A stretch of 64,000 nucleotides of DNA. Origin: a virus. Lineage: Duplodnaviria; Heunggongvirae; Uroviricota; Caudoviricetes. Where the stretch lies: IMG/VR virus record IMGVR_UViG_3300043438_001962. One strand, 5' to 3'. A program made the position numbers and the translations under genes. This document shows positions 38,125 through 48,152 of the stretch, in pieces; position 1 is the stretch's first letter; the number at the start of each line of letters is the position of its first letter. The notes below the pieces were generated by a model that was given only the letters and a program-made list of their open reading frames with translations, was not told the origin of the DNA and searched no databases.

Positions 38125-38586
38125 ATGGGGGCAAACAATATATTATTAGAAGTTAAGAAAAAAAACTTAATGAGAGAGCAAAAAGAAGATAACGAAACAG
38201 AAGTGAAAGAAACTAAAACCGGTTCAGGGTTTAAAGATATGGTTTCAATCTTACTACACTCACAAACTCAAGTACATATCTTTCATTTACAAACTAAATC
38301 TTATGCTGAACACAAAGCTTTACAAAAATATTATGAAGGTATTGATGCTCTTGTAGATGGGCTTATTGAAAGTTATCAAGGTAAATATGATGTAATCACT
38401 CAATATAATTCTGTTAAAAACGAGGATTATAAAAGTAATGAACAAGTTATTAAATATTTTAAAGCGTTGGACAGTATGATTGAAAAAAATAGAAAAGAAG
38501 TTAAAGAATCTTTCATTCAAAATCAAATTGATACTGTTCAAGAATTGATTAATTCTACAGTATATAAATTAAGATTCTTAAAATAA
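38125..38586 (+). CDS. possible ferritin-like/Dps-like protein
   Basis: The pattern HIFHLQTKSYAEHKALQKYYEGIDALVDGLIE loosely matches the Dps HWNVKG..F..LH..FEE.Y....D..AE block. The match is weak. Confidence 0.3.
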   Translation: MGANNILLEVKKKNLMREQKEDNETEVKETKTGSGFKDMVSILLHSQTQVHIFHLQTKSYAEHKALQKYYEGIDALVDGLIESYQGKYDVITQYNSVKNEDYKSNEQVIKYFKALDSMIEKNRKEVKESFIQNQIDTVQELINSTVYKLRFLK

Positions 38587-38590
38587 TATT

Positions 38591-39532
38591 GTGAAAGAAT
38601 TAATTAAGAAATTTTTAAAAGAACAACTTGAAGGTGGTGAGGGAGGTAATCCTTTATCACGTAAAGAGATTATTCTATTTAAGTATCTTAACAAAAACCG
38701 AAAAGACGCTGGTACCCAAAAAGAATTATTGAACTTGGTAAGAGGTATGATGTCTTTCATTGGTCGTCCTGAATCTGATGCTAAATTTTACTATGAAGTA
38801 TACACGGCAAATTTTAGACCGGATGGTGATTATGAGAATTTAGACCAACAAAGTTTCAGAGATTTTAGGCAATTCAAACAAAGAAAAACACCTAACAACG
38901 GGGCGTATGAATATACTGCTGCTAAGATACCGTTTAAAGGTTCAAACCTTGAAGGTTATTGGGATGTTAATGGTAAAAACGAATGGTATTATGTTGTAGT
39001 TTCTTACGGATGGTATCCATTATTTTTATTTATTAATAATATGTGGTACAGAGTTATGGATAGTTATTCTTCTTCAACATCTAAACAAATATCACATTCT
39101 AATCCGGTAAGATATAATTCAGGTTTAAAGGCGGATGTTATGTCTGTTACACCAAGTGAAATGAAAAGTTTGATTGCTGGTAAAGAAGTAACTGATATCA
39201 AAACAAGTAGAGTTTCTAATTTTACTGCAAATAACGAAGTGAAACGTAAGATAATTGGTCTTAAAAAATTAGTTAGTGGTGGTTATGGTGAAAATGCTCA
39301 CAAAGTTAGTTTTACCATAGATGATATTAATGAAGAAGGTGGTAAAGTTAAGATAAAAGTTAAAGTAAATAAGGCGGGGAAAATGGTTGATAGAAAAATG
39401 GTTGCTGACCCCAACTTTAAAGACAACCCTGAATTATTAAGTGATATTGGAAAAACAATTAAACAAGAAATGTTGATGACTTATCCGAATTACTTAACGG
39501 ATGACAATACAGAAATAGAATTAGTATATTAA
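38591..39532 (+). CDS. hypothetical protein (GTG start)
   Basis: ORF only. Confidence 0.4.
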   Translation: MKELIKKFLKEQLEGGEGGNPLSRKEIILFKYLNKNRKDAGTQKELLNLVRGMMSFIGRPESDAKFYYEVYTANFRPDGDYENLDQQSFRDFRQFKQRKTPNNGAYEYTAAKIPFKGSNLEGYWDVNGKNEWYYVVVSYGWYPLFLFINNMWYRVMDSYSSSTSKQISHSNPVRYNSGLKADVMSVTPSEMKSLIAGKEVTDIKTSRVSNFTANNEVKRKIIGLKKLVSGGYGENAHKVSFTIDDINEEGGKVKIKVKVNKAGKMVDRKMVADPNFKDNPELLSDIGKTIKQEMLMTYPNYLTDDNTEIELVY

Positions 39533-39562
39533 AAAGAGGAACATTTTGTTCCTTTTTTTTGT
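39533..39562 (+). terminator. rho-independent terminator
   Basis: The hairpin AGGAAC atttt GTTCCT is followed by a T8 run. Confidence 0.65.
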
Positions 39563-39600
39563 TTATATAAAATAAAGTATTATCTTTGTACTCACAAAAA
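39560..39600 (+). promoter_or_regulatory. promoter plus conserved leader (duplicate of 34918-34958)
   Basis: A TTG N19 TATCTTTG arrangement is followed by ACTCACAAAA. Confidence 0.6.
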
Positions 39601-39610
39601 CAGAGATACT

Positions 39611-40354
39611 ATGACAACTACCACTACTACAACCATTTCAAGAGTTAGAAATTACGAAGGTTCTAATCAATTTTTATTAAATCTTAAATCATCTTTACAA
39701 AAATGGGGAGCTTTAACTCCAAAACAGATGGAATTCGCTGAGAAAGCACTAAAAAGTGTTCAGACCGTTAACGTTGAGACTATGTCTGAAGATTTACAAA
39801 AAATTGCTAAGTATGATGGGCCTAACGCATTTGTTAATGAAATCAAAGATAAATTAATGAAGTACGGAACTTTGTCTGATAAACAAGTTACTGCAACTCT
39901 TAATCAAATCCAAAAAGATATTGATAAGGCAAACACTCACAAAATGAGAATTCCTACTCCGGGTGAGACTATTACTGTTGGACGTAAGATTGGACAACAA
40001 ATGAAGGAAACTTATGGTTTAGAGTTTAACCCAATGATTATTGATATCACTAAGTTGTTAGCGGTTTCACCAAAGGCGGTTAAGTTCTCAGGGAAGATGA
40101 CAACAGGAAGAAGTAAAGTTTGTAGATGTTGTGCTAAAACATTGACTGATGAGTTCTCAATGTTAACCGGAGTTGGAAAAACTTGTGCAACACATATGAG
40201 AATCCCTTACATCACTGATGTAACTCAAGCTGACAGATTCCGTGAGGATTACTTGAGAAGAGTAGATGAGATTGGTGAAATGGAGTTTTGGGTGCCAAAA
40301 GCACAATTGAAAAAATGGGAAGGTAAAACAGAAGTAGTATTACAAATGATATAA
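39611..40354 (+). CDS. hypothetical protein (poly-Thr N-terminus, Cys cluster)
   Basis: It starts MTTTTTTTIS and contains CRCCAK ... CATH. Confidence 0.45.
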   Translation: MTTTTTTTISRVRNYEGSNQFLLNLKSSLQKWGALTPKQMEFAEKALKSVQTVNVETMSEDLQKIAKYDGPNAFVNEIKDKLMKYGTLSDKQVTATLNQIQKDIDKANTHKMRIPTPGETITVGRKIGQQMKETYGLEFNPMIIDITKLLAVSPKAVKFSGKMTTGRSKVCRCCAKTLTDEFSMLTGVGKTCATHMRIPYITDVTQADRFREDYLRRVDEIGEMEFWVPKAQLKKWEGKTEVVLQMI

Positions 40355-40356
40355 AG

Positions 40357-40692
40357 ATGAATCCGTATCCAAAACCTTTACAGTTATTATTAACAGAGAT
40401 ATATAAGGAGTTTCCTCACATGAGGAGACATCCTGAATATCGTTTTTATTATCTTCATTATGGTTATCCTAAAAATAGGGAGTATTTTATTGTTTTAACA
40501 AATTCAATACCGGAATCTGAAGATGATGAATTCGTATCTTATGTAAGTCAAATGGGTTCTGTTTTTGGTTTTATTGAAGGGGTGCTTATGAAACCTGATG
40601 ATTTTGAAAAACATATTATGAAACCAATCAATGAAAGTATAAATGAATTACGTGGTAGTGAGTTCAAAACTTTCGGATATGAGGTGTGGTAA
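40357..40692 (+). CDS. hypothetical protein
   Basis: ORF only. Confidence 0.4.
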   Translation: MNPYPKPLQLLLTEIYKEFPHMRRHPEYRFYYLHYGYPKNREYFIVLTNSIPESEDDEFVSYVSQMGSVFGFIEGVLMKPDDFEKHIMKPINESINELRGSEFKTFGYEVW

Positions 40693-40747
40693 TTTGACTT
40701 TTGAAAAAAAATGACTATAATATACAAACAAACAATAAAACAAATTT

Positions 40748-41185
40748 ATGAACGTTAAAAAAGCTCTTAAAGAAAAAAACCGATTGGTTAAAGAAATCCA
40801 AGAACTTTATGCTAGATTGTCTCAGTACAATTCAGTTGAGGTTGGAAATGTGAGACCATATTCTCCTAAAGATATGCTTGAGCAAATCAATGAGAAAAGT
40901 AATGAGTTAGTGGAACTTAAAACCAAAATCCATAAAGCTAACACTCCGGTGTATGATAAAATATTCAGATTGTCTGAATTAAAATCTACAATTGCAAGAT
41001 TAAAATCTTTGGATTGTACAGAAGGTGTGAGTACTGATTACTACTCACGAAATAGAGAGAATCCACCGGTAAAAACTGCTGAGGTATCAGTGGTTGATAG
41101 AGATGAAATGGTTAAATTTATGGAGGAACAGATTGAGGACATTCAGGATATTTTGGATAACCATAATCAGAATACCGAGATATAA
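40748..41185 (+). CDS. hypothetical protein
   Basis: ORF only. Confidence 0.4.
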   Translation: MNVKKALKEKNRLVKEIQELYARLSQYNSVEVGNVRPYSPKDMLEQINEKSNELVELKTKIHKANTPVYDKIFRLSELKSTIARLKSLDCTEGVSTDYYSRNRENPPVKTAEVSVVDRDEMVKFMEEQIEDIQDILDNHNQNTEI

Positions 41186-41379
41186 TAGTTCAGAGTTCGG
41201 GAGGGATTTAATAAGACAAGATGGTAACTACCATTTCCTTACAAATTATTCAGAGAGCATTGATAAATGATTGTGATAAAGACGGACATTAAAACCTCAA
41301 GATTCAAATTTTCAAACCTAAACGGTCAAAACTTAAAACTCTTTTAGAATTTTATTATTGAACTTCCAACCTGACTATA

Positions 41380-41416
41380 AAAAAACCCTCACTTCGGTGA
41401 GGGTTTTGTATTTTTA
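41380..41416. terminator. bidirectional terminator (CCCTCAC ttcg GTGAGGG)
   Basis: A perfect 7-bp GC-rich stem with a tetraloop is flanked by A and T runs. Confidence 0.65.
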
Positions 41417-42115
41417 GAATTTTATTTCGTAATCTTCTAAGTCAACACTTTCTTCTTCTTCGGTGTTGTAGTTAAAATCAAAGAATATTGTTTTATCACC
41501 TGAGTTAAATTCCCAACTACCTTGACCACCTTCGTTATTTTCCCATCCAGCATAATTACTATTTAACATTGAATATAATAATTCTTCAATAGGTTTTGGT
41601 ACATCCTCTTGTTCACCATCAACTGTCATATCATCTTCAATATAACCATCGTCACCACCTCCACTAAACTCAACTCTAGCGTCTCTTCCATCTAAATAAG
41701 TGAATAATTCTTCAACAGCTTTTGCATATTCTTCACCGTATTCAGATTTAATATCTGGTAAAGTGTAATCACTACCGTGTGGTTCAGTTCCATACACAGT
41801 TTGATAAGCGTAGATGATTAAACTTTTTTCTTTACAATCAATCTCAACTTCAATTCTTTGTGAACCATCACATTCTGTAAATCTATCAATAATTGATTGG
41901 TCATCAACTAATTTTTCAATAAGTTCATCTATTCTATCATAACCTTCTACACCTCCATTTACATCACGGGAATACCATCTATCATCTTCCCAATCTTTGC
42001 TACAAGCTGATAAATAATATGTTCTATAAACATTATCGGCTCCGTATGAGCGACAATAGTATGCGAATAGTTGTAAGGTTTTTAATTCTTCCGGTGTTAA
42101 TTGGGGAATATTCAT
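41414..42115 (-). CDS. hypothetical acidic protein (minus strand)
   Basis: ORF only. Confidence 0.45.
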   Translation of the reverse strand: MNIPQLTPEELKTLQLFAYYCRSYGADNVYRTYYLSACSKDWEDDRWYSRDVNGGVEGYDRIDELIEKLVDDQSIIDRFTECDGSQRIEVEIDCKEKSLIIYAYQTVYGTEPHGSDYTLPDIKSEYGEEYAKAVEELFTYLDGRDARVEFSGGGDDGYIEDDMTVDGEQEDVPKPIEELLYSMLNSNYAGWENNEGGQGSWEFNSGDKTIFFDFNYNTEEEESVDLEDYEIKF

Positions 42116-42139
42116 AAATCTTTTTTTATTATAAATATA

Positions 42140-42490
42140 TTAATCTACGTTAATTTCCATAGTTCGGGTCATCCAAACAGGTTTTTCTTTTGCATCCATT
42201 GCTAATATCCATTCTTTTGCTGATGGTACGTAATTAAAACAATCCTCTTTTACGTGTTGTTCACCCACATAACGTGTATAAACGACTTTTCCGTCACTAT
42301 TTGTGAACATTGGACCAAACTTCTGTTCCATCTCAAATATCCCTTCAGAATGGTGTCTGAACATCCTATGTAATGAATGACCATACCATCCTTTGGTGGA
42401 ATCCAACCAGTTATGTAAGTGGATATAATCTTCCCATATTCCACCAAACTTTTTGGCGGATGATTTTGCGTGAATAATTGGGTGTGCCAT
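42140..42490 (-). CDS. hypothetical protein (minus strand)
   Basis: ORF only. Confidence 0.4.
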   Translation of the reverse strand: MAHPIIHAKSSAKKFGGIWEDYIHLHNWLDSTKGWYGHSLHRMFRHHSEGIFEMEQKFGPMFTNSDGKVVYTRYVGEQHVKEDCFNYVPSAKEWILAMDAKEKPVWMTRTMEINVD

Positions 42491-42540
42491 TTCTGTAGTT
42501 TTAACTATTTATAATTATAATTTAACAAACGAAATAATAA

Positions 42541-43074
42541 ATGAAACTTATATTAACAGAATCTAAATACAAAAACATATTATTCAAATACTGGGACAAA
42601 ATGGGTGGTAAAGTTGATGATAATTTTATTTCTATGTTTGGATTAGATGATGTTAATAATTACTTTACCTATAACCAAGCCTACAAGTACCTTATTGAAT
42701 GGAGAGGTGAAAAAGAATCCAAAGAACTCGCCAAAAGTTTATTACTTCAGAATCCACACCATGTAGATAACTTTGGTACATATGATTTTTTCTTTGAGGT
42801 TACAGATATTAAAAATTGGGGATTAAATGAGGATGAACCAAATGTTGTTGTTAAAGTAAAGGTTGATGATTTAGGTGGTCATCTTGATATAGACGGTGAC
42901 CATAAAACATTAGAAGACGCTTTGGATAATGATGACTACGGATGGGAAGTTGATGATGAGGTTAATTGGGGTATTAATGATTATTTCAAGGATAACATAA
43001 CATCACAGACAGGAATACAAATCATATTTGATAGACCTAAATATAGCAGTAGAATTTTTAATCTTAATATATAA
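42541..43074 (+). CDS. member of the MK(V/L)I(I/L)TE-leader paralog family
   Basis: The N-terminus MKLILTESKYKNILFKYWDK resembles the 56345-58280 array. Confidence 0.45.
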   Translation: MKLILTESKYKNILFKYWDKMGGKVDDNFISMFGLDDVNNYFTYNQAYKYLIEWRGEKESKELAKSLLLQNPHHVDNFGTYDFFFEVTDIKNWGLNEDEPNVVVKVKVDDLGGHLDIDGDHKTLEDALDNDDYGWEVDDEVNWGINDYFKDNITSQTGIQIIFDRPKYSSRIFNLNI

Positions 43075-44114
43075 TGAACGAAAAATATTTAAAATACGTA
43101 AACGACTTTAACACTGGTGATATGGATTACCTTATTGACATGTTTGAAAGTGTGGAAAACATACTAAAATTTTTTCATAAAAAAGATTTATTACAATTTA
43201 TTGACCCATTTGATACTGACGTGGAAGATTATCAGATAGAGATATTAAATTACTTATTGAATGTTGTAAATGATAAAAAAACATTAGAGTATTGTGTTGC
43301 TCAACTATCTGATGTAATACCTACAGGTGATGGTTATTACATGAGAGTCCAAGATAGAGAGGATTTAGCGGATTTATTTTATGATGGTGGTCGTGATACT
43401 ACAGCTAGAGATGTTGCCAAAGCGGTGTTAGGTGAAGATGATGATATATTTGATAGATGGGGTAACACAACCGATGATATCTATAGAGATGTTGTTGAAG
43501 AACTAAATCCTGCAAACATAGAACTATTAAAAAAATATATGTTGGACGTATTAACCAATTGGAAAATTGAGGTTGATGATGAGACACCTGATTTATTTCA
43601 TAATTACGCTGATGATGAAGGTATTTTTTATCTAACACCTGAAAATGTTGGTGATGTGATTGGTGATGAGGAATCGTTTATGTATTTAATTGATAATGAT
43701 TATTTAGGCGATTTATCGGGTGACTTATATGGTATTCACTCAAATGCTTATAATAGTGCGTATGAGACGGAAGTATACAATTATGTTACTAGTGAGTTAG
43801 AAACATTCTTTGATATGAAAAGTGCTAAATGGGAAGCTTCACCTCCATTTGAAGGTTCTCAAAAATTAATAGAATTTTACAAAATTAAATTTAATCCGGG
43901 TGAGGTTGTTAATTCTATTCACAAATATGTTGCTGAAAAAAATAATTGGGGGTATTATGTATATAATCTTAATAATGTTAGTACTTGGTTAAATATGATG
44001 AATACTTTTATGGAAAATGGTGATGAATCTTATCTTGATTTTAGAATACCGGATTATCCTGATAGTCGTTTAGTGGATAAATATATCAATGAGTTTTTCC
44101 CTGATTATATATAA
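43074..44114 (+). CDS. acidic hypothetical protein
   Basis: ORF only. Confidence 0.45.
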   Translation: MNEKYLKYVNDFNTGDMDYLIDMFESVENILKFFHKKDLLQFIDPFDTDVEDYQIEILNYLLNVVNDKKTLEYCVAQLSDVIPTGDGYYMRVQDREDLADLFYDGGRDTTARDVAKAVLGEDDDIFDRWGNTTDDIYRDVVEELNPANIELLKKYMLDVLTNWKIEVDDETPDLFHNYADDEGIFYLTPENVGDVIGDEESFMYLIDNDYLGDLSGDLYGIHSNAYNSAYETEVYNYVTSELETFFDMKSAKWEASPPFEGSQKLIEFYKIKFNPGEVVNSIHKYVAEKNNWGYYVYNLNNVSTWLNMMNTFMENGDESYLDFRIPDYPDSRLVDKYINEFFPDYI

Positions 44115-44479
44115 TGGATACTGAAGATAAAATAAATAAGTTAGGTGAGTTAATCCGTAAAATTGTTGATAAAGACAACAAAATGCAAGGTCAATACAGT
44201 ATGCCTTATTCAACAGCTGAAGATGATTATGCTGATTGGAAAGTGACGTTCAAAGTAATCCGTGTAAGTTTATGGGAAAGTAAAAAATACAATCAATGTA
44301 AGTATGGAGCATCTGTTTATCTTAAAGCAGATGTTATGATTGGGTTTGAAGGTGATTGGGAAGGTAAATTTAACATATGGGATTTACCAAGTTGGGTTAA
44401 AGATGATGTTGAAGATAAAATATTAGATAATATTGACCAATTTTTACCTATGGTCTGTTCTGATTTAACTTTTGTTTAA
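44114..44479 (+). CDS. hypothetical protein
   Basis: ORF only. Confidence 0.4.
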   Translation: MDTEDKINKLGELIRKIVDKDNKMQGQYSMPYSTAEDDYADWKVTFKVIRVSLWESKKYNQCKYGASVYLKADVMIGFEGDWEGKFNIWDLPSWVKDDVEDKILDNIDQFLPMVCSDLTFV

Positions 44480-45147
44480 GTTAATCCATTCCCAAATGAA
44501 TCATAGTAACCAATTATTGGCATTATAAACATATACTCGGTATCAATGAGATTTTTTTCATTATATAGAATGCTCATTTGTTCTGAAATAATGTCTTGTT
44601 CTTGTTCAGAGGAATCAGTGTCATATATAAAACTTTGAATAAATTCTTGTAATGTATCATCATCAACATCTTCATTATCTATATTTGGATTAAATAACTC
44701 TAAATCTAAATGAAAATATAAGGATTCGGTATCAGGGTATTCTATTGACCAATTTTTTACAAAACATTCAGCGTTTAATATTGAACCTGAATCGTTTAAT
44801 TGTATTTCATTAAAATTCTCTAACGATTTGTTTATTTTATCACGGGTTTCTTTACTAATGTATACATCTTGTTTACTTAATCTACAATATTTTGGGCCTA
44901 TTACAGACCAATCAAGACCACCTGAAACTTTTTCACGATTTACAACACCCGCTAGTTCAAGAAATTCGTATAACATTTCCTCAAGATGACCTTCAACCAC
45001 TGTTGACGAATAGGACACGTCATTTGGATTTTCAACTTCCCAAATTATTCTATCGTCAATTATAAATGGGTGTAATACCAATCCGTGTATAATGGTTGGT
45101 TTTTTAAGTTTGTTGTAATATAATTTTATTAGTTTTTCTGATACCAT
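44476..45147 (-). CDS. hypothetical protein (minus strand)
   Basis: ORF only. Confidence 0.45.
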   Translation of the reverse strand: MVSEKLIKLYYNKLKKPTIIHGLVLHPFIIDDRIIWEVENPNDVSYSSTVVEGHLEEMLYEFLELAGVVNREKVSGGLDWSVIGPKYCRLSKQDVYISKETRDKINKSLENFNEIQLNDSGSILNAECFVKNWSIEYPDTESLYFHLDLELFNPNIDNEDVDDDTLQEFIQSFIYDTDSSEQEQDIISEQMSILYNEKNLIDTEYMFIMPIIGYYDSFGNGLT

Positions 45148-45187
45148 AATAATAAATATACATATTTATCAAATATATAACAAGAAT

Positions 45188-45676
45188 ATGAAGGACAGAA
45201 AAAAAATATTAAACGATTTAATAACTAAAGGTGGTTTATCTTCCGCGGCTAATTTGACCGGATTATCTAACCTTGATTTAATTAAACGAAGTGATTGTTA
45301 TATTGATACAAAAATGGCAAACGATATTATTCCTGATTTAATTAGAGAGAAAATATTTCCAAAAAAATACAAAAATTGTGAAATAACTTTTGATAGAATG
45401 AGTGGTGTGGTTGAGTGGATTTGTGTTTGGGATAAAGAAACTACATATACATATGCAACTCCTTTTTGGGATGTTGAGTTAGGAATACCTGTTGATACCA
45501 CTTCATATATGGATGGATTAGGTAATGAATTTACTGATAATCAATTTACTAATATAAAATGGGGTGAGGGTTTTGATAATCTTGCTTTATATGATAGATG
45601 GATAAGAAGATTTTATTTACCGCAGGTTCACAATGTAATTCAAAAACATTTGGAAGAATATCGTATTAATTTATAG
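45188..45676 (+). CDS. hypothetical protein
   Basis: ORF only. Confidence 0.4.
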   Translation: MKDRKKILNDLITKGGLSSAANLTGLSNLDLIKRSDCYIDTKMANDIIPDLIREKIFPKKYKNCEITFDRMSGVVEWICVWDKETTYTYATPFWDVELGIPVDTTSYMDGLGNEFTDNQFTNIKWGEGFDNLALYDRWIRRFYLPQVHNVIQKHLEEYRINL

Positions 45677-45677
45677 T

Positions 45678-46496
45678 TTAGATTCTAACAACTCCGTTAC
45701 TATCTCTATTAATTAATTCAGGGTTTTCATTCATATGAAATAAAAATGTATCACCATTTTCATAACCTTCATACTCTTCAGATATTTCATAATATTCTCT
45801 CATGATTAATGTTTGGTTGTTGTTATAAAAATTATTTGAATCTTCAGTATCAATTTGTTCGTGGTGTTTTATATTGGCAAAATACATTTTCCAACGACCA
45901 CTCCAAGAAACAAAATCAGTATATATAACTTCAGAAGAATCGGATGATTCAACTTTACCTGTTGAATCACAAGTATAACAACCCGTCTCACCATCGCCAC
46001 CACAATAATTACAAGATTCGGAAGTGTGACCATTACAATGTTCACAAGTTTGTTTCCCATCACCTTCACACATATCACATTCTTCACCAGCATCTTCATC
46101 CATACCTGAACCACCACAATATCTACAATCCTCTTCACCGGAGCCATCACAAATACCACATTCTACTTCACCTGTACCATCACAATTATCACAATTTTCA
46201 TTACCATGACCACCACATTCAGGACATTCAACTTCAGGTTCTGAATTGTATATTTCAACTAATTCAATAGTGAACATATTATTTTCAATTCTATCATAGT
46301 CCTCATCAATATCTGAACCCATATTAAAACGAGGAACTAATAATGAAAACATAACTAAATCTTTTGCTTTTAGTATAAAAGATAACGATTCAAAATTGTT
46401 ATCGTTAAGAATGTCTCGATATACTCCTGTAGGGTTTTTATTGATAAATGATTTTCCGGTTTTTCTAACTAACGAAAGTAATTTGTGTTTTTCCAT
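45678..46496 (-). CDS. protein with about eight consecutive CxxCxGxG (DnaJ-type zinc finger) repeats
   Basis: The repeat region reads ECPECGGHGNENCDNCDGTGEVECGICDGSGEEDCRYCGGSGMDE ... CDMCEGDGKQTCEHCNGHTSESCNYCGGDGETGCYTCDSTGKVE. Confidence 0.5.
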   Translation of the reverse strand: MEKHKLLSLVRKTGKSFINKNPTGVYRDILNDNNFESLSFILKAKDLVMFSLLVPRFNMGSDIDEDYDRIENNMFTIELVEIYNSEPEVECPECGGHGNENCDNCDGTGEVECGICDGSGEEDCRYCGGSGMDEDAGEECDMCEGDGKQTCEHCNGHTSESCNYCGGDGETGCYTCDSTGKVESSDSSEVIYTDFVSWSGRWKMYFANIKHHEQIDTEDSNNFYNNNQTLIMREYYEISEEYEGYENGDTFLFHMNENPELINRDSNGVVRI

Positions 46497-46527
46497 AATA
46501 TTTTAGATTGCAAATATATTTATAAAT

Positions 46528-47613
46528 ATGAGAATTATAGTTAAAGAAATTCAATATTCTAAAATATTAGAGGACGTGGAGGTAGAGCCATCAAAAACAA
46601 CTGTCAAAAGTATTTGTGATAGTGAGAAATTTTGTAAGGCACAAGGTAAGATTACTTTTGGTCAATTAAAAGCCATAGTTGAAAGTGCAACTAAAAGAAG
46701 AATATTTAAACACGTTGGTGAAGGTGGTGTAAAAGCTACCATTAGATTACTACCTTGGTTTATTCCTCAACTATTTGTTGCGGGTGCGATTGCCGGAGTT
46801 GTAAGAGCGGTAAATAAAATATTAGCTCCAAGTTTAACTGAAACAGAAAACTATAAAACCTTTTGGGGTAAGGCAATTCTTAAATCGTTTAAGATTGCTG
46901 AAGGTGATATTAATTTGTCTGACCCTTTATCTAAAATCTTTTTTATCTCTGACGGACTAATGAATATGTTAGATGATAGATATAAAGTTAAGTTTGCGAA
47001 ACATATTGCAAACATTGCCAGTGAAAAACCGGATGATGAAGAAGTTCCCGAATATTTTGTTGAAAATGAATTAAGAAGATGGGTTAACGAAAAGTTCTTG
47101 TTAAATCCGCCATTACAATCAAGATTAAATGAACAAGAAGAACCGGTTGATACTACACCTGACTTTAATAAGTTGGTTTATCTTCCTGAAGAAAAGGCGA
47201 TGATAGGTGCTTATATGATTACTAAAGATTTACCTAATATGATTGAGGTTTTGAATATCAAAGAGTTTTTGGATAATTCAGGTTTATTCATGGATGGTGC
47301 TGAATCATATAATATTTACATTTATTTCTCAAAGTTACCAAAATCTCAAATAGAAATATTAGGACCGGTTGAAGGTAAAGAAGGGTTTGTTTATATCAAA
47401 ATACCTTATTGGTTATATAAGAAAAATGTTGAGGGATTAGGTATTAAAAGAAGTTTGGTAAAGAAACGATTATCTATTGATAGAAGTCAAGTTTATGGTG
47501 ATTACCTTAAATTGATTAATGACCCTAATGTTGAAAAATATTTTTTTGAGGTTGATAAGGATGAATCAAGTAGACAAAGATTCAAATCATACCAAAGACA
47601 TTATAAGGGATAG
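46528..47613 (+). CDS. hypothetical protein with one TM segment
   Basis: The hydrophobic segment LLPWFIPQLFVAGAIAGVV is present. Confidence 0.45.
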   Translation: MRIIVKEIQYSKILEDVEVEPSKTTVKSICDSEKFCKAQGKITFGQLKAIVESATKRRIFKHVGEGGVKATIRLLPWFIPQLFVAGAIAGVVRAVNKILAPSLTETENYKTFWGKAILKSFKIAEGDINLSDPLSKIFFISDGLMNMLDDRYKVKFAKHIANIASEKPDDEEVPEYFVENELRRWVNEKFLLNPPLQSRLNEQEEPVDTTPDFNKLVYLPEEKAMIGAYMITKDLPNMIEVLNIKEFLDNSGLFMDGAESYNIYIYFSKLPKSQIEILGPVEGKEGFVYIKIPYWLYKKNVEGLGIKRSLVKKRLSIDRSQVYGDYLKLINDPNVEKYFFEVDKDESSRQRFKSYQRHYKG

Positions 47614-47615
47614 TT

Positions 47616-48095
47616 TTAAATTTGACTTACATTATCAAGTTCATCGTCTAACATTTCACTATCTCTAGTGTCTTCTTCAAATAAATCACCATCAAAAACA
47701 TCTAAAGTACCTTCACTTTTTAATGAATATAAAACACTATTAACATCATCTTTATCGGTGTATAATGAAATTGTGTTTCTATAATATTCGTTAACAATTG
47801 TCTTCATTGTAACAACCCAATCATATTCATAATTTTTTAATGTAGGTCTATCTAATTTTGACGTTAGAGAACCTTCATCAAACATGGATTCATTTAATTT
47901 TATAATATTAAAAAGAAAATCAGTGTCTTGAATAGATGGGTCAATTGAATACATTTTACAAACTGATTCAACGGCTTGATAAAACATCCAATCAGCTGAA
48001 TTTTCAACAGTATCTACGTCAACTTCATTAACAATTTCTTTAGATATTGAGAATATAACTCTATCACTCATTTTTTCAAATATACTTGGTTCCAT
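47616..48095 (-). CDS. acidic hypothetical protein (minus strand)
   Basis: ORF only. Confidence 0.4.
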   Translation of the reverse strand: MEPSIFEKMSDRVIFSISKEIVNEVDVDTVENSADWMFYQAVESVCKMYSIDPSIQDTDFLFNIIKLNESMFDEGSLTSKLDRPTLKNYEYDWVVTMKTIVNEYYRNTISLYTDKDDVNSVLYSLKSEGTLDVFDGDLFEEDTRDSEMLDDELDNVSQI

Positions 48096-48138
48096 AAAAA
48101 TATTTTACTAATAAATAGTTTATTAAATTTATTTGTTT

Positions 48139-48146
48139 TATCTTTG
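48139..48146 (+). promoter_or_regulatory. TAnnTTTG -7 element (TATCTTTG)
   Basis: The motif gtTTTATCTTTGccc lies upstream of the ATG at 48153. Confidence 0.4.
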
Positions 48147-48152
48147 CCCTGT

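Noticed and set aside
41186-41413. An ORF-free stretch of about 230 bp checked for tRNA or sRNA.
   Set aside because: No cloverleaf-compatible motifs were found. It contains a bidirectional terminator and probably minus-strand promoter sequence.
45869-46270. His-rich plus-strand ORF 45944..46270 and minus-strand ORF 45869..46159.
   Set aside because: They are alternative frames of the Cys-rich CxxCxGxG repeat gene 45678..46496. The Cys codons TGT/TGC read as His/Thr/Gln in other frames, and the regular zinc-finger periodicity supports the annotated frame.
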